64,000 nucleotides of DNA from a virus (lineage: Duplodnaviria; Caudoviricetes): the IMG/VR virus record IMGVR_UViG_3300010361_000013, positions 1,168 through 65,167 of that record, one strand, 5' to 3'. Positions 62,919 to 64,000 of the stretch are shown here, in pieces. The stretch's first letter is position 1. Each line of letters starts with the position of its first letter. Both the position numbers and the translations under genes were made by a program. The notes below the pieces were generated by a model. It made no database searches. It saw only the letters and a list, made by a program, of their open reading frames with translations, and was not told the origin of the DNA.

Positions 62919-62955
62919 TTGTCTCGTTGGGCAGATAAGCCCTAACTTTCAGGCC

Positions 62956-63447
62956 ATGCCGCGTATTGTTGACATCCAGGGCGGGGGCAGAAGGCCAGTC
63001 CGTCAGGTCAAGCCAGGGCAGCCGCCTGGACGTGGCGGCTCGACCAACGGCAAAGGTCAGCCGCCATTCATCCCTACGCCTGCCCAGCGGGTGCGTGTCA
63101 TGACCCTGGTGGCGGCTGGCTTCACCCGTGACACGGTCGCACTGGCGATGGGCATTCCGCCCTCGACGCTCGATCTCCACTTCGCTTGGGAGCTGACCAA
63201 CGGCAAGGCGCTGACCGACGTCAAGATCCTCGGCGGCATCGTCGAGCAGGCAATCGAGGGCGACAAGACCATGCGCATCTTCTACGCCAAATCCCGCGCG
63301 GGCTGGCGTGAAGCAGGCGCACGCGACGCCGAAGCCGTCGCCCTCTTCAGCATTAATATTTCCAACCGCGCCAGTGATGCCGCCCCCGAGATCAGCGTCA
63401 TCGCCCGCCCCATCCACTCCCTGCCAGAACCCGAGGAGGAGCCTTGA
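62956..63447 (+). CDS. terS: Terminase small subunit (HTH type)
   Basis: FIPTPAQRVRV..LVAAG....VALAMGI...TL..HFAWEL..G...A..GDKTMRIFYAKSRAGWRE. Confidence 0.75.
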   Translation: MPRIVDIQGGGRRPVRQVKPGQPPGRGGSTNGKGQPPFIPTPAQRVRVMTLVAAGFTRDTVALAMGIPPSTLDLHFAWELTNGKALTDVKILGGIVEQAIEGDKTMRIFYAKSRAGWREAGARDAEAVALFSINISNRASDAAPEISVIARPIHSLPEPEEEP

Positions 63448-63448
63448 T

Positions 63449-63664
63449 ATGAAACGGAGCAGGTTCAAGGGACAGAAGCGCGGCTCGCGCTACAGAGTGC
63501 AGGAGATCGGCCCAGGCCGTGAGATCGGCCCAGACGAGCTGGAGCGGCTGAAAGATGAGATTGGCCTGCATGAGCTGATGAAGCGGATCTACATACCGAT
63601 CGATGCTGCTAACGCATGGCTGCGTCAGCAGGGCTTTCCCGAGTTTGGTAAGAAGCCGCACTAG
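63449..63664 (+). CDS. Hypothetical protein
   Basis: Follows the terS stop directly. Confidence 0.55.
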   Translation: MKRSRFKGQKRGSRYRVQEIGPGREIGPDELERLKDEIGLHELMKRIYIPIDAANAWLRQQGFPEFGKKPH

Positions 63665-63665
63665 C

Positions 63666-63872
63666 ATGCCGATCACCCTCCCGCCCAAGCGCGGCCTCCC
63701 CGAGCGCATCAAACGCCACGCCGCCCTTCGCGATCTCGCCCGCGCCCAGGCCGCAGACGACGGCAACACCCTCTCCCGCGCCCAGGCCAACGCCCGCGCC
63801 AAGGAGCTGGCCCAGCAACCGCTCCCCCACACCGCAGACTTCTGGCAGACTGTGATCAAACCCCGCGAGTAG
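63666..63872 (+). CDS. Hypothetical protein
   Basis: Follows the upstream stop directly. Confidence 0.55.
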   Translation: MPITLPPKRGLPERIKRHAALRDLARAQAADDGNTLSRAQANARAKELAQQPLPHTADFWQTVIKPRE

Positions 63873-63883
63873 GAGGACGATCC

Positions 63884-64000
63884 ATGGCCCTGCATCCCCA
63901 AGCCACCACGCAGTCTCACGGCATGACCGGTGAGGGCGCCGAGCAGATCCTGCGCGATGCCGCTGACTACCTGCAGACCAAGGTCGACCAGTCCGAGCAA
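63884..64000 (+). CDS. N-terminal fragment of an ORF running out of the window
   Basis: AGGAGGA RBS at 63871; MALHPQATTQSHGMTGEGAEQILRDAADYLQTKVDQSE. Confidence 0.7.
   Translation, partial: MALHPQATTQSHGMTGEGAEQILRDAADYLQTKVDQSEQ

Larger units (their letters stand above)
1..64000. mobile_element. Near-complete tailed dsDNA phage genome (podovirus-type, P22/N4-like gene order), apparently circularly permuted
   Basis: Terminase, portal, scaffold, capsid, tail spikes, adaptor/nozzle and ejection genes in order; terS near the right end and terL near the left; no host housekeeping genes. Confidence 0.93.

Noticed and set aside
1-64000. tRNA/rRNA genes, integrase/att sites, DNA polymerase, endolysin
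   Set aside because: None recognised by eye; absence is not proven without tRNAscan/HMM searches and the missing genome segment

Overview
The window is nearly the whole genome of a GC-rich, podovirus-type tailed phage. terS lies at 62956-63447 and terL at 3402-4913, so the ends probably join through a short missing segment. The + strand carries terL, portal, GroES, scaffold, decoration protein, major capsid, five modular tail fibre/spike genes, adaptor, nozzle, a GNAT and three ejection proteins. An early/replication region follows, with an SSAP-like protein, an inactive-looking DEDD exonuclease, RuvC, a primase-helicase, an SF2 helicase, six HNH-type genes and two PEP-CTERM proteins. No integrase, DNA polymerase or endolysin was recognised. 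Two non-coding repeat systems stand out. (1) About 34 units of a 36-nt dual-repeat/dual-spacer array, with the architecture of TIGR (Tandem Interspaced Guide RNA) arrays, are split over five loci in the packaging operon (101-5985). They start at the stop codon of a truncated ORF that may be the Tas (Nop-domain) protein. (2) GGY-NN pentamer arrays punctuated by GGCAGGC lie on the - strand (56952-57340, plus a single unit at 54741-54799) and resemble VIPR-type guide RNAs; no cognate effector was recognised in the window. All family assignments come from motif recognition by eye, not database searches.
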